A stretch of 64,000 nucleotides of DNA from Promethearchaeota archaeon. GTDB taxonomy: Archaea > Asgardarchaeota > Lokiarchaeia > Sigyniarchaeales > SOKP01. Below, piece by piece: positions 9,489 through 19,645 of this stretch. Both the position numbers and the translations under genes were made by a program. Position 1 is the first letter of the stretch, and each line of letters begins with the position of its first letter. The notes under the pieces were generated by a model. It searched no databases, was not told the DNA's origin, and saw only the letters and a list, made by a program, of their open reading frames with translations. The stretch covers positions 137,061 through 201,060 of the forward strand of contig JAUVNS010000011.1 in assembly GCA_030599585.1 (NCBI GenBank). Reading direction: 5' to 3'.

Positions 9489-10499
9489 TTAACTTTTTAA
9501 ATTTATTGAGAAATCTTTAAAATCTTCGTCTTGAAATAGTTCTAACTTATTCCCTGTTGAGAGGAACATTAAAGCCAAAAACATGCGAACAAAAGCGAAC
9601 TTCTTACCAATGTCGCTTTTTTCTTCTATGTTAATAATTTCTGCCATGTCATAAAAGGAGGTTTCTTTATCATCGAGGTTTATTTTAGTTTTTATTCTGT
9701 TAAACCAAGCGTTGTGTAACTCTTCCACAGTTTGCTCCTTCCCGCTAATGTGTTTCAAAAGTTCTTTTGGTAGTTGTGCTTTAGATTTTTTTTGAATTCG
9801 CTGTTCCTTTAATTCATCCCGCCTCATCCTTCGCCTTTTTAGTTTTTCTTTCTTCTGCATAGTCTCAATAATAGCAGATCTCATAGCGTCAAATAATTCG
9901 TCTTTAGTGGAGATTAACATTTTAGGCTGAATAGGTTGTGGTAAAGATTTGGGTATTGATCTACCGTGCCTTGCTCTAAATTGCGCCAATTCCTCCTTTT
10001 TTTGAATTTGTTCTTCGTCCCGTATTATGCTAGAGATTTTGTAATGATGTAATACTGCTGAAGTTTTAAGCGCGATTCCTGAAATTTTATAATTAATTAA
10101 ATCTTCATGAAGCATGTTATTGAAGAATTTGTCAACTAATGCTGCCAGATCGTAAAATGCAACATTTGATTCCTTAGCAACTTCGGGGTCTAGAAGGCTT
10201 GAAAAAGGTGGTTTATGCCAGAACTTTAACTCTAACTTTTCTTTATACAATAAAGCGGGGTCTTCTTCCTCGCCGGCGACTAACTCTTCTTCCAACACTT
10301 CTACATCCACGTTATCTTGAGTTCGATCTACAAATTCTGGATGTGAAGCGATCTTTTCTATGAATTTAATAATTTCATTCTTTTTTGATTTAGACGGTAT
10401 TTTTATGTTGTTTTTACTTGCAAATTCCCTTAATTTCTTTACAGACCATTCACTGAAGTTGTATTTTATCTCTTCACTTTCATTTTCTGGAACGATTAT
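9489..10499 (-). CDS. scpA: Kleisin ScpA with N-terminal HeH/SAP/Rho-N-like domain (start uncertain, 10499-10491)
   Basis: Lies between smc and scpB; SGIALKTSAVL N-domain and FLALMFL...LELFQDEDF C-terminal winged helix. Frame is open about 63 codons upstream of the track start. Confidence 0.8.
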   Translation of the reverse strand: MIVPENESEEIKYNFSEWSVKKLREFASKNNIKIPSKSKKNEIIKFIEKIASHPEFVDRTQDNVDVEVLEEELVAGEEEDPALLYKEKLELKFWHKPPFSSLLDPEVAKESNVAFYDLAALVDKFFNNMLHEDLINYKISGIALKTSAVLHHYKISSIIRDEEQIQKKEELAQFRARHGRSIPKSLPQPIQPKMLISTKDELFDAMRSAIIETMQKKEKLKRRRMRRDELKEQRIQKKSKAQLPKELLKHISGKEQTVEELHNAWFNRIKTKINLDDKETSFYDMAEIINIEEKSDIGKKFAFVRMFLALMFLSTGNKLELFQDEDFKDFSINLKS

Positions 10500-10519
10500 A
10501 CACCTGAAGCTTATAATTT

Positions 10520-13500
10520 TTAATTTTCTTCAATAGTAGGGGGTACATCCGGAAGTTCGAGTAACCTTTTTGCTTCTTCTTCTAAATCGACACTAAAAAT
10601 GTCGGTGATACCGCTTTGTTGCATGGAGACACCGTATATGCGATCTGCGTTAACTATATTCTCTTCACGATGACTTATTACCAAAAATTGCGCTTGTCTG
10701 GCAAATTCTTTGATTACTACACTTACTCTATGAACATTGGGCCCATCTAATGCTGCATCTATCTCATCCATAATATAAAATGGCGCAGGATAAAATTCCT
10801 GAACAGCAAAAATAAATGACAAAGCAACGAGTGTTTTTTCTCCTCCGCTCAGTATTTCTAAACTGGAGATACGCTTCCCACGAGGTCTAGCTTCTATGCT
10901 ACATCCACCTTCAAAAGGTTTATCTGGTCTGTCGAGAATCATTTTTGCAGATCCCCCCGGTGAAAGCTTCTGAAATATGCGAGCAAACTCACGATTAATT
11001 TCGTGGTAAGCCTTCATGAATGTTCGAGTTTTTTCCAATTCGATTTTTTCAATAGCGTCGAGAATTGCTTTTCGTTCACGTTGTATTGTTTGCCTTCTCA
11101 TATCTATTTCGTCAAATCTTTCTTTTACAGTATCATATTGCGTAATAGCTTTTAAGTTAACTGGTTCCAAAGCTTTTTTCTTGTTAGTAGCTGTAGAAAT
11201 ATCTGATTGTAACCCGGATTCTGAAAGCTCGTCAGTCACTACCGGCAATGCGCCGTAATCCTTCGATCTCTGGTAAAGAGTTTCTATTTGATCTGTAGTA
11301 ATAATCTTTTTTGATTCAAAATTGTTTAGTTTTGAATTTTGCATAGAAATATCAGAGCGTAGGTCGTTTATTACTTTCTGATAATTTTTTTGTTTTTGCC
11401 AGGATATATCTTTTCCTTGAATCTGTTTATTAATTTCTTCCTGTTTTACGTTCTTTTTGTCTTCTTCTTGTTTTAATTCAGTTTCAATGTTTTCAATGTC
11501 TTTTACTATTAATTCTATTTGTTTCTCAGTTTCTTTAATGTCTTGGTTAAGAGATATTATTTTTTGTTCTCGTTCTTTATTTTTATTTAATTCGTTTAAT
11601 TTTGCTTGTATTTTTTGAAGATCTTTATTGAATTTATTTAATTCTTTTTGAACTTTCTTTTGAGCTTCCAACTCTTTGTTTTTATCTTCTCTTAAAGCAT
11701 CTATGACTAATTGAATTTCAGTGACTTTCTTTTGTACCTCATCTACTTGAGTATTAAAACCCTCAACATCTAGAGTACAAGTTTTAATATTTGCTTTAGC
11801 TTCCAAGTTTTCCTTAGCTAGTTCTTCAATTGAATTGATAACCATCATAACATTTTCAAGTGCTCTTAGGTTATCCATTGTACTTTCTAATTTTTTATTC
11901 TGATCACCAATGTGTGCCCTTAACTTTTCGGTATTCTCCCAAAACTTATTTTTTTCTAAAATATTAGAATCGATTTTTAATGTTAAAGCTTCTTGTTCTA
12001 AATTGAGATTTTTAATGTTTTCTTCAGTGTTTATTATGGTATTTTTCTTATTTTCTATATTTGAATTTAATTCTTGGACATTTTTCTCAATATCAATAAT
12101 CTTTTCATAAAAATTTTGTATTCCTTGCAATTCTTGAAGTCTTTTTTGCAGATCGTCTAATCCTTGTTGCTTTACTTCTATATTTTTCTTGATGGTAGAA
12201 ACTTTATCCCAGTAATCCTCTTTGAGTTGTTTTAAATTGTTTATTTCTTCATTGAAATTTTCTTTTTGTTTTTCTCTTATTACATTATTCCTCTGTTTAA
12301 CCTCAGCATCAGATTTTTCGATTTTTTCAAGTAATTCAGTGATTCTTTTATTAACTTTTTCTAACCTCTTATTAGTAACTGATAAATCGTCAGAATCATG
12401 TTTTTCTTGAGTATTTATCCGGGTTAAATCTTTCTCAATTTTGTTTAGATCTACATTTTGAGATGCAATATTTTCAGTAATCTCTTCAAGCTGTTTATAC
12501 TGCTCTTGGGATTTTGACATGGTGAGTTTTCGCAATGATAAGTATACATTCTCAAGAATTTCCATTAAATCTTGCACAAAGCTATCAAATGTTGATGTAG
12601 ATTGTTGAATCTCTACATCAGCAGTTTCCTTTACAGAATCAATTAACTGATCTATCGTGGTATCAACATTTTCAGTAAAAAGAGTTAATGTCTGAAGTAT
12701 AGACTTGAGAGTTTCAGACACTTCAGCATCCTCTGGTTTCTGTTCTGCTTCTGCTTCAGCTTCAGAGCTTACGTCTTCAATCGTCGTCATAATATCAATA
12801 ATGTCAAGGACAAATTGTTTAAAGTTGACCGCTGATGTATCAATTGCCTCAGCGTTAGACTGTTGAATGTTACTCTTGATAGATTCAACGGATATATTGA
12901 TATTCTGAGTTAGCATGTTCAGTATTTGGAGGATTCCGGTTATATCTTCAGTATTTCTTTCGTATTCTTTTTCTGTATTTTCTATTTTAGCTAACAAATT
13001 ATTTTTCTCAGTGGTTAGCTCTCCTAACCGTCTTTGAATATTATCTTTTTTTTTATTAAGCCCTTCTGATTCAGAGCTAATTTTAGTTAAATTTGCGTTC
13101 AGAGTTGACGATTTTAATTCTAAATCTTGTTTTTCTCTCTCAAGATTTGTCAATTCTTTTTTTAATAGATTTGACCTCGTATTAATATTATCAATTTTAG
13201 TTTTGTTATCATTAATTTCTGATTCAATAGAATCTTGTTTCATTAACAATAATTCTAAATCTTGTTCATTTTTTCTATAAATAGAATCTTCATCTTTTAA
13301 TTGTTGTCGATAACTGTTTAATTCGTTAGTTAGCGTGTCTTTTTCCTTTAAAAGCTCTTTTAATGCCTCTTCTGTGTCTTTCCCTTTACTTAATTCTTTG
13401 ATTTTTTCTTCAGTTTTAATTTTATCTGAGTTCAATGTCTCTATCCTATCGGTGTTCATCTTAATCTCTGTAGTTAGTGACGATAACATAGATTTAAAAT

Positions 13501-14989
13501 CTGTTGCCTTTGAATTAAGTTTGTTCTTATCTTCTTGTAGGGTTATAATAATTTTCTCTAGATCTTGTTGATTTTCGTTCTCTTTTGAGATTTTTATATT
13601 CAAGTCATTAATTTCTTTTCTTGTGGCTTCAGCTTCATTTTTTGTGTTGGCTATCGCATCTTCAATGCTTTCTGATTCTCCTTTTAATTTGCTAAGATCT
13701 AGTTCTAATTTCTGTTTTTTTCCTTCGTTTTTTTTAATATTTTCTTTCAGAATTTTAATTTGAGCTTTATTCGATGAAATATTTTGCTTTATAATGGAGA
13801 TTTCTCCATTAAATCCTGTTTTTACATCGCTTTGATCTTTAATTTTTGCATCAATATCAGCTTGTTTTTGATGTTTACTTTCTATTTCTGCTTTTGCTGC
13901 TTCAATCTGGCTCTCTGTATCTGCTACAACCTTCCTTTCTGATTCAATTAAAGAATCAAATGTTTGATCTTCATCAAGAACCATCTGTAATTTTTCCAAT
14001 GTATTAATTTCTTGAGAAATTTTTTCAACTGACTTATTTGCGAGGGTTAAAGATGTTTGATTTGAAGATTGTTGTGTTTTAAGATGAGTAATTTTTTCAG
14101 TGATTATTTCCCTTTCTTTTTCTTTTTCAGTTATGGTTTTTTGAATATTTTCCATAACCAATGATTCTTGTTTTATAATGTCATCCTGTCTTGTTAATTT
14201 TTCTTTTAACTCTTCTAAAATTGTATTAGATTCTTCAATACTTTTTTCTAGATCATTTTCTTCCTTCCTTAATTTCTCAATCTTTAATGCTATCAATTGA
14301 GCGTTGTATAAGTCGATTTGTTCATCTAACTCTTTCCATGCCAAAGCATCATTCTTTTCCTTTTCTACTTTCTTTAATTGAGAAGAAACTTCTTTGAAAA
14401 TTGCTTCAAATTGGCCTAGATCTCTTTCAGCCTTCTCTAATTCCTTCATAGTTCCATCTTTCATCTCATCGTATTTCTGTAGGCCAATAAGTTCTTCTAT
14501 AAATATTCTACGGGCTACCGGGTTCATGTGAGTTAATTCTACTATTTTCCCTTGCAGAACGAATTGATTGCTTCCATCAGGATCTACATTTGCTGCTGCA
14601 AGAGCATTAAGAATTTGAGTTCTAGTGGATTTTTTACCGTTCATCTTATAACCTCCACCCCCACCTCGTTGAATTGTTCGAGTAACTTCAAATGTTTCTG
14701 TTCCACCTGGAAAGATTTCCTCTGAGTTATCGAAATATAATGTAACCGAAGCTCTATTTGAAGGGTTTTTTCCTCGGGATCCGGCAAAAATCAAATCTTC
14801 AAGGCTCTTAGCTCTCATAGTTTTTTTGCTTAGCCTACCTAGAGCAAACGTTAAAGCGTCAATAATATTAGATTTTCCTGCACCATTTGGGCCTACTATA
14901 CATGTAAAACCACTCGAAAGTCTAAGAGTAACAGTTCTGTCACCAAATGATTTAAATCCGGTCATAGAAATTTTTTTGATGTAAGTCAA
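10520..14989 (-). CDS. smc: SMC ATPase, elongated, no canonical hinge
   Basis: GFKSF, GPNGAGKSN, Q-loop VLQG, LSGGEK, MDEIDAALD and ISHR motifs; long coiled coils. Confidence 0.93.
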   Translation of the reverse strand: MTYIKKISMTGFKSFGDRTVTLRLSSGFTCIVGPNGAGKSNIIDALTFALGRLSKKTMRAKSLEDLIFAGSRGKNPSNRASVTLYFDNSEEIFPGGTETFEVTRTIQRGGGGGYKMNGKKSTRTQILNALAAANVDPDGSNQFVLQGKIVELTHMNPVARRIFIEELIGLQKYDEMKDGTMKELEKAERDLGQFEAIFKEVSSQLKKVEKEKNDALAWKELDEQIDLYNAQLIALKIEKLRKEENDLEKSIEESNTILEELKEKLTRQDDIIKQESLVMENIQKTITEKEKEREIITEKITHLKTQQSSNQTSLTLANKSVEKISQEINTLEKLQMVLDEDQTFDSLIESERKVVADTESQIEAAKAEIESKHQKQADIDAKIKDQSDVKTGFNGEISIIKQNISSNKAQIKILKENIKKNEGKKQKLELDLSKLKGESESIEDAIANTKNEAEATRKEINDLNIKISKENENQQDLEKIIITLQEDKNKLNSKATDFKSMLSSLTTEIKMNTDRIETLNSDKIKTEEKIKELSKGKDTEEALKELLKEKDTLTNELNSYRQQLKDEDSIYRKNEQDLELLLMKQDSIESEINDNKTKIDNINTRSNLLKKELTNLEREKQDLELKSSTLNANLTKISSESEGLNKKKDNIQRRLGELTTEKNNLLAKIENTEKEYERNTEDITGILQILNMLTQNINISVESIKSNIQQSNAEAIDTSAVNFKQFVLDIIDIMTTIEDVSSEAEAEAEQKPEDAEVSETLKSILQTLTLFTENVDTTIDQLIDSVKETADVEIQQSTSTFDSFVQDLMEILENVYLSLRKLTMSKSQEQYKQLEEITENIASQNVDLNKIEKDLTRINTQEKHDSDDLSVTNKRLEKVNKRITELLEKIEKSDAEVKQRNNVIREKQKENFNEEINNLKQLKEDYWDKVSTIKKNIEVKQQGLDDLQKRLQELQGIQNFYEKIIDIEKNVQELNSNIENKKNTIINTEENIKNLNLEQEALTLKIDSNILEKNKFWENTEKLRAHIGDQNKKLESTMDNLRALENVMMVINSIEELAKENLEAKANIKTCTLDVEGFNTQVDEVQKKVTEIQLVIDALREDKNKELEAQKKVQKELNKFNKDLQKIQAKLNELNKNKEREQKIISLNQDIKETEKQIELIVKDIENIETELKQEEDKKNVKQEEINKQIQGKDISWQKQKNYQKVINDLRSDISMQNSKLNNFESKKIITTDQIETLYQRSKDYGALPVVTDELSESGLQSDISTATNKKKALEPVNLKAITQYDTVKERFDEIDMRRQTIQRERKAILDAIEKIELEKTRTFMKAYHEINREFARIFQKLSPGGSAKMILDRPDKPFEGGCSIEARPRGKRISSLEILSGGEKTLVALSFIFAVQEFYPAPFYIMDEIDAALDGPNVHRVSVVIKEFARQAQFLVISHREENIVNADRIYGVSMQQSGITDIFSVDLEEEAKRLLELPDVPPTIEEN

Positions 14990-15143
14990 ATTTGAATCGC
15001 CATTTCATTCATTCTTTTATAAAATAAAGTATGATTTCATCTATTTATATGCTCGGGATATGAATGTTAGGATTCTTGTTTTTAACATAATTTTGAATCT
15101 ATGCAATTTGAAGCATTATTCAAGTTCTTAAAATTAAAAAAAA

Positions 15144-16328
15144 TTAGTGTTTGGTGAAGATAGCATCCATGATAGGTTTTAGTTGCTTTGGGTTTATGAC
15201 CATAAAGTAATTATCATAGTTCAAGACGTTGTCGTTAAAGTAACGAAAATTATTTACATTATTTTTTTTTGAAGCATTTAATATCCCTATATTGCGCAAA
15301 TTAACGATTAAATGTTTAAATTCCTCTATATTCTTTTCATAATCTATTGATTCACAAGTTACATAGTACAGTTCTCTTAATTCCTGGATAGTTATATAAA
15401 GATTTGCTTTTTTTAGAAAATAATTAGACAAATTATCCAGAAAAATTAAATTTAACAGATCTGACTCTGAGATATAGCTTACCATACTGAATTCATCTGT
15501 AATTTGAAGGGTGTCAAATTGATTTTGAAGAATATCATAAATCTCGAACTTTTTCAAAGTAATTTTTTGATTTAAAACAGGATAAAGCTCTCTTAAAATT
15601 TCGATACCTTTTCCGGGAACAGGTACATGGTGCTCGAAAATTAAATCAGTAATTAAATCTATTAACTCGTTATCTATCTCATTTTTGAAAGCCAATGAAA
15701 TTCTTTGCTTTATAATGTCGTTAAGCTCGGAGAATGAAAAATAATCTAACTTCTTCTTAAAGTCAAATTCACTCATAATTTCTAGGATAGACGATCTTAA
15801 AACTTGATTACCCGTAGATATTACATTAATTTTGTTTTCTTTGCCGTATTTTAAAAATTTTTTAAAAGCCTCTGGTTGTATGTGTTCAATGTTATTAAAC
15901 ACTATGGTGATATTATGGTCTACTTTTCTACATACAAGCTTAAATAAGTTCCATAAATCCAAGATAGATGAATTTAGGAACGATTTATAATCAAAATTGA
16001 TGTTCTTTCTACTTCCAACTTCAGCTATTAACGAAACTAAAATCTCTTCCACACTTTTTTCTGAACAATCAATTTGGATTTTTATAAGTTCAGGATTTAA
16101 AGTAGATATGTCGTTCAAGACCGAATTTACAATGACCTTTTTCCCTATACCTTGGATTCCTTGAAATAATATATTCAGTTGAAATTCATCATGTAATGAA
16201 TCTTTAAGAATTGAATAGAGCGCTTTTTCTTCCGTTTTCCGATGTAATATTTTAGGAGGAATGTAGGTCTGATCAAATAACGCTCTTGGACCTACAAATT
16301 CGTTATTTATCCTTTGTGCAGAAATCAT
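15144..16328 (-). CDS. Orc1/Cdc6-like AAA+ protein (degenerate)
   Basis: FDQTYIPPKILHR N-terminus, degenerate Walker A GIQGIGKK, FSFSELNDIIKQR and a C-terminal winged-helix-like region. Confidence 0.7.
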   Translation of the reverse strand: MISAQRINNEFVGPRALFDQTYIPPKILHRKTEEKALYSILKDSLHDEFQLNILFQGIQGIGKKVIVNSVLNDISTLNPELIKIQIDCSEKSVEEILVSLIAEVGSRKNINFDYKSFLNSSILDLWNLFKLVCRKVDHNITIVFNNIEHIQPEAFKKFLKYGKENKINVISTGNQVLRSSILEIMSEFDFKKKLDYFSFSELNDIIKQRISLAFKNEIDNELIDLITDLIFEHHVPVPGKGIEILRELYPVLNQKITLKKFEIYDILQNQFDTLQITDEFSMVSYISESDLLNLIFLDNLSNYFLKKANLYITIQELRELYYVTCESIDYEKNIEEFKHLIVNLRNIGILNASKKNNVNNFRYFNDNVLNYDNYFMVINPKQLKPIMDAIFTKH

Positions 16329-16497
16329 TTTCTTTTTTATTTTTTATTTTTTATTATTAATTTAAAAATTCATATTTAAACCCCCCGGGAGATAGGTCAT
16401 TGGATCTAAAAATGCTCCTATTTAAAATTGAAAAAAAGTTTACAAATTGATAAAGAATTAGAACCAAAGTTAAGAAAAGTTTATGATTAACCTATTT

Positions 16498-17313
16498 TTA
16501 ATTAGTTTTTCTTACGTTAATTGCATTTTTATCTATAACTTCTTTAAATCTCAATTTTCTCAGCTTTTTTGGAAATGCTAAATCAATCTCATCGTATACA
16601 TATCCACTCGAATCAATGGGGCCTTCAATTACTCTTAGTTTTGAAGGCGATATAAAATCTTTTTCAAACGATATTATTTTACTATTTCCTGGAAACTTCC
16701 TTTTCAAGATCGTCCCAAAAGTGTTACATGCTACAACTGGTATCCTGTTTTCCAGAGCTCGAGTTTTTAAATATGTCTTCCAATTTACCATCCCATCTAC
16801 GCTAATTTGCGTAGGAGAAAATAATATATCCGCCCCGTTTTCTGCAGAGATTCTAGGAGTTTCAAAAAACGCCATGTCAAAACAAATTAAAATTGTAAAA
16901 CTGATTTTTTTAAATGAAAAAATTATTAATTCTTTACCTGGTTCAAAGTTAAGCTGTTCATATGAATAAAGATGTATTTTATCTTGTCTATCTATCTCAT
17001 CTCCATTATTATCAAAGAAATAGCTAGTGATTCTTGGTTTAGCTGAATCTTTTCTTTTTTCCCATAAAGCTCCTGAAATTATTCCTATTCCGTAATCTTT
17101 TGCTAAATTTTTTATAAATTTATAATTGTTTCCCCTTTCTTTTTGTATATTAAGTTCTTTTTTATTAATAGGCGATGTCCATCTTTCTGGTAAACAAATA
17201 ATATCACAATTATTATGGTGCTTAATAAGAGATTTTAATATTTTTTCTACTTCAGAGTAACTTTTATCTGTTTGGGGTAAAATTTCTGGTTGAATACAAG
17301 CAAGATGTATCAT
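16498..17313 (-). CDS. Carbon-nitrogen hydrolase (nitrilase family)
   Basis: Catalytic triad motifs LPE, KIHL and ICFD; RALEN. Confidence 0.9.
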   Translation of the reverse strand: MIHLACIQPEILPQTDKSYSEVEKILKSLIKHHNNCDIICLPERWTSPINKKELNIQKERGNNYKFIKNLAKDYGIGIISGALWEKRKDSAKPRITSYFFDNNGDEIDRQDKIHLYSYEQLNFEPGKELIIFSFKKISFTILICFDMAFFETPRISAENGADILFSPTQISVDGMVNWKTYLKTRALENRIPVVACNTFGTILKRKFPGNSKIISFEKDFISPSKLRVIEGPIDSSGYVYDEIDLAFPKKLRKLRFKEVIDKNAINVRKTN

Positions 17314-18068
17314 TAGACTTTTCCAATATAAAATTTTTGATTGATATCATTGATAATATTGAAAAGTTCATCTAACCTTGAAATTTCATGATCAGGTTTG
17401 TTTTCTTCAGAAATAGTTTCACCTGTAACATTGGTATCATATTTTCCACCACGATGAATGTAAACGCTGTGGATTTTATTAAAATTAGCTGGTATTATAT
17501 CCTTGTAAATATTATCTCCAACATAAATAGTTTCGTGCCCCTTTACCTTAAATTTCTTTAAACAATAAGAAAATAGCTCAGGATTTGGTTTTCTTATCCC
17601 AATTTCATCAGAAATTACAACTAGATCAATCAAATCGTCTATCCCAAGTCGTAGAATCTTCTCATATTGTTTGATAGGAATTCCATCCGTTATAATAGCT
17701 GTTTTAATTGAAGATTTTTTAAGGTTTTCTAAGGTTTTTAAAACATCGTTGTAGAGTTGAATGTGTTTAATTTTTTGACCATGGTAAGCCATTACCGCTG
17801 TTGTAATGTATCTAACTTGCTCGTTAAAACTAATTGCATAATTTTCATATAGGGTTAATCTCCTGATAAAGTAATCATAGTGTTTTGAAGAATTAGAACC
17901 GTATTCATCGACGATTTCTTGGATTAAGATCAAGGCTTTTTGTCTCTCAATTTTTAACCCTATGCTCAACATCGCGTCTATACCTTTAATTCTTGCTCTT
18001 TGAGAGAGACCAGTTGAATCGAAAAGGCAGTCATCGAGGTCAAATCCTACAAGTTTTATAGGGCACAT
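17313..18068 (-). CDS. HAD-superfamily hydrolase
   Basis: FDLDDCL, ITDG, KPNP and VGDNIYKDI motifs. Confidence 0.9.
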   Translation of the reverse strand: MCPIKLVGFDLDDCLFDSTGLSQRARIKGIDAMLSIGLKIERQKALILIQEIVDEYGSNSSKHYDYFIRRLTLYENYAISFNEQVRYITTAVMAYHGQKIKHIQLYNDVLKTLENLKKSSIKTAIITDGIPIKQYEKILRLGIDDLIDLVVISDEIGIRKPNPELFSYCLKKFKVKGHETIYVGDNIYKDIIPANFNKIHSVYIHRGGKYDTNVTGETISEENKPDHEISRLDELFNIINDINQKFYIGKV

Positions 18069-18218
18069 TAGCTCTTAGAAAAAACCTTAAATTAGATTTA
18101 ATTGAAATAAATTTATTTATTTTTACGAATATATAACCTTTAATATTAATTTATTCTATGTAAAACTTAAATTAGTTTGAAGAGATTTTTACAACAATAT
18201 TTAACGGAGATTCATTAA

Positions 18219-19379
18219 TTGAAACCTATTGTCGCTTTATCTTATTTTCATCGAAAGATTGGTCCACTAGTCTTTTATTCATATCCCGAAAATATGCTAG
18301 ATGAACATCTTTCAACAAGAATAGCAAACATAATGGATCAAACAGTAAGCGAAGGATTTTTTACTCATTCTTTTGAACAAAATATTTCAAACAACAACTA
18401 TTTTGAAATTCATTCTGATTGGGCTCGTGGAAATAAGGAAATGTTAATGGTCTCTATAATTTTTGATCAACAAATAAATTTGGAAATAGAGCAAAATGTA
18501 AACATTTTATGCACGGAATTTATTGAAAAATTACTCTCTAACGAGGAAATTTTCACTGCGTTTTATGTAAATGATATAAATAATTTTGAGGAACATGACA
18601 AAGACCTTATCTATAAACACAATTCTTTGATAAAATTATGGGTTAAGGAATTATATTGGGCAGCACTTGAAGATACTCGAGAAAAAAGCGAGGAAGAGAA
18701 GATTGCAACCTTACTAAATAAAAGACACGTCTTTTTGATGTTAAAAAAACTTTCAAAAGGCCCAATTGCTTTAGATGGATTAAGAGAATGGTATAACACT
18801 ACATTTCCAAAATTAGATTTTAAAGAGTTAATCGATACTTTAGTCTCTAAACAGTTTATTTTCATAAATCAAATTGGGATTGTAGAAAAGTACGTGTTAT
18901 TATTGAAGGAAGTTAATGCTGAAAGAATCCCTCCCGATAGTGTAATTGAATATATTGACGAAAACCCCGATTTAATTGAACTTGAATTAATCGAATTATT
19001 ACTCCCAAAAGTACAGGAGTATTTTAGTATTTACGAAAATAAAAATAAAAAAGAATTGGAGGAAGATACATTCGCTTTATTTCAGATTGTTTCTGATCCA
19101 AAAAAATACAGTCTACTATCAGAATTAAGAAATGGGCTAATTTCAAAAGATAAATTACCGAAATTAATCTCAAAAAGAGCACTTGACCACCTCAACTCTT
19201 CGTTGTCCTTCCTAAAGAAATATGATGTAATTGAAGAATTAAAATATAAAGACGAGCGATATATTTTTTTAAAAACTAACATTCAGATCACAACCGCTTT
19301 TCCCGAATACTTGAGAAAATCATTGCCTCAGGAATCTAAACCAGTAATTGCAAAAAAATATAAACCTAAAGGAGATTAA
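18219..19379 (+). CDS. Longin/uDENN-like domain protein with C-terminal winged-helix-like repeats
   Basis: N-terminal VALSYFHRKIGPLVFYSYP resembles the FxxxxGP start of NPR2/DENN-type longin domains. Confidence 0.6.
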   Translation: MKPIVALSYFHRKIGPLVFYSYPENMLDEHLSTRIANIMDQTVSEGFFTHSFEQNISNNNYFEIHSDWARGNKEMLMVSIIFDQQINLEIEQNVNILCTEFIEKLLSNEEIFTAFYVNDINNFEEHDKDLIYKHNSLIKLWVKELYWAALEDTREKSEEEKIATLLNKRHVFLMLKKLSKGPIALDGLREWYNTTFPKLDFKELIDTLVSKQFIFINQIGIVEKYVLLLKEVNAERIPPDSVIEYIDENPDLIELELIELLLPKVQEYFSIYENKNKKELEEDTFALFQIVSDPKKYSLLSELRNGLISKDKLPKLISKRALDHLNSSLSFLKKYDVIEELKYKDERYIFLKTNIQITTAFPEYLRKSLPQESKPVIAKKYKPKGD

Positions 19380-19385
19380 GAATCT

Positions 19386-19637
19386 TTGAGTAAGGGAGAA
19401 GAATCCATTCAGGAGTTAAAATGCTTACTTGGGAATATGGGGGTTGAAATATTTTTCGCAATCGAAAAGGGAGCTAAAGACTATGAGAGTATGAAAATAT
19501 TCTCTGGATTACCAATGGCTTGTATTAAAGGACGGGTACCAGTTCTCCTCGAATTAAAGCTTGTAAAAAAAAATATTGAAGGCTATATTTTAACGGAAAA
19601 GGGTTGGGACTTTAAGGAAAAGATCGAAAACGACTAA
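19386..19637 (+). CDS. Small winged-helix protein
   Basis: LLELKLVKK..GYILTEKG wing motif; 6 nt downstream of the previous gene. Confidence 0.6.
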   Translation: MSKGEESIQELKCLLGNMGVEIFFAIEKGAKDYESMKIFSGLPMACIKGRVPVLLELKLVKKNIEGYILTEKGWDFKEKIEND

Positions 19638-19645
19638 TTAATAAA

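Noticed and set aside
16329-16497. Possible replication origin next to the cdc6-like gene (G-string GGGGGG on the minus strand)
   Set aside because: Only one weak ORB-like match, no repeated ORBs, and a short intergenic region.
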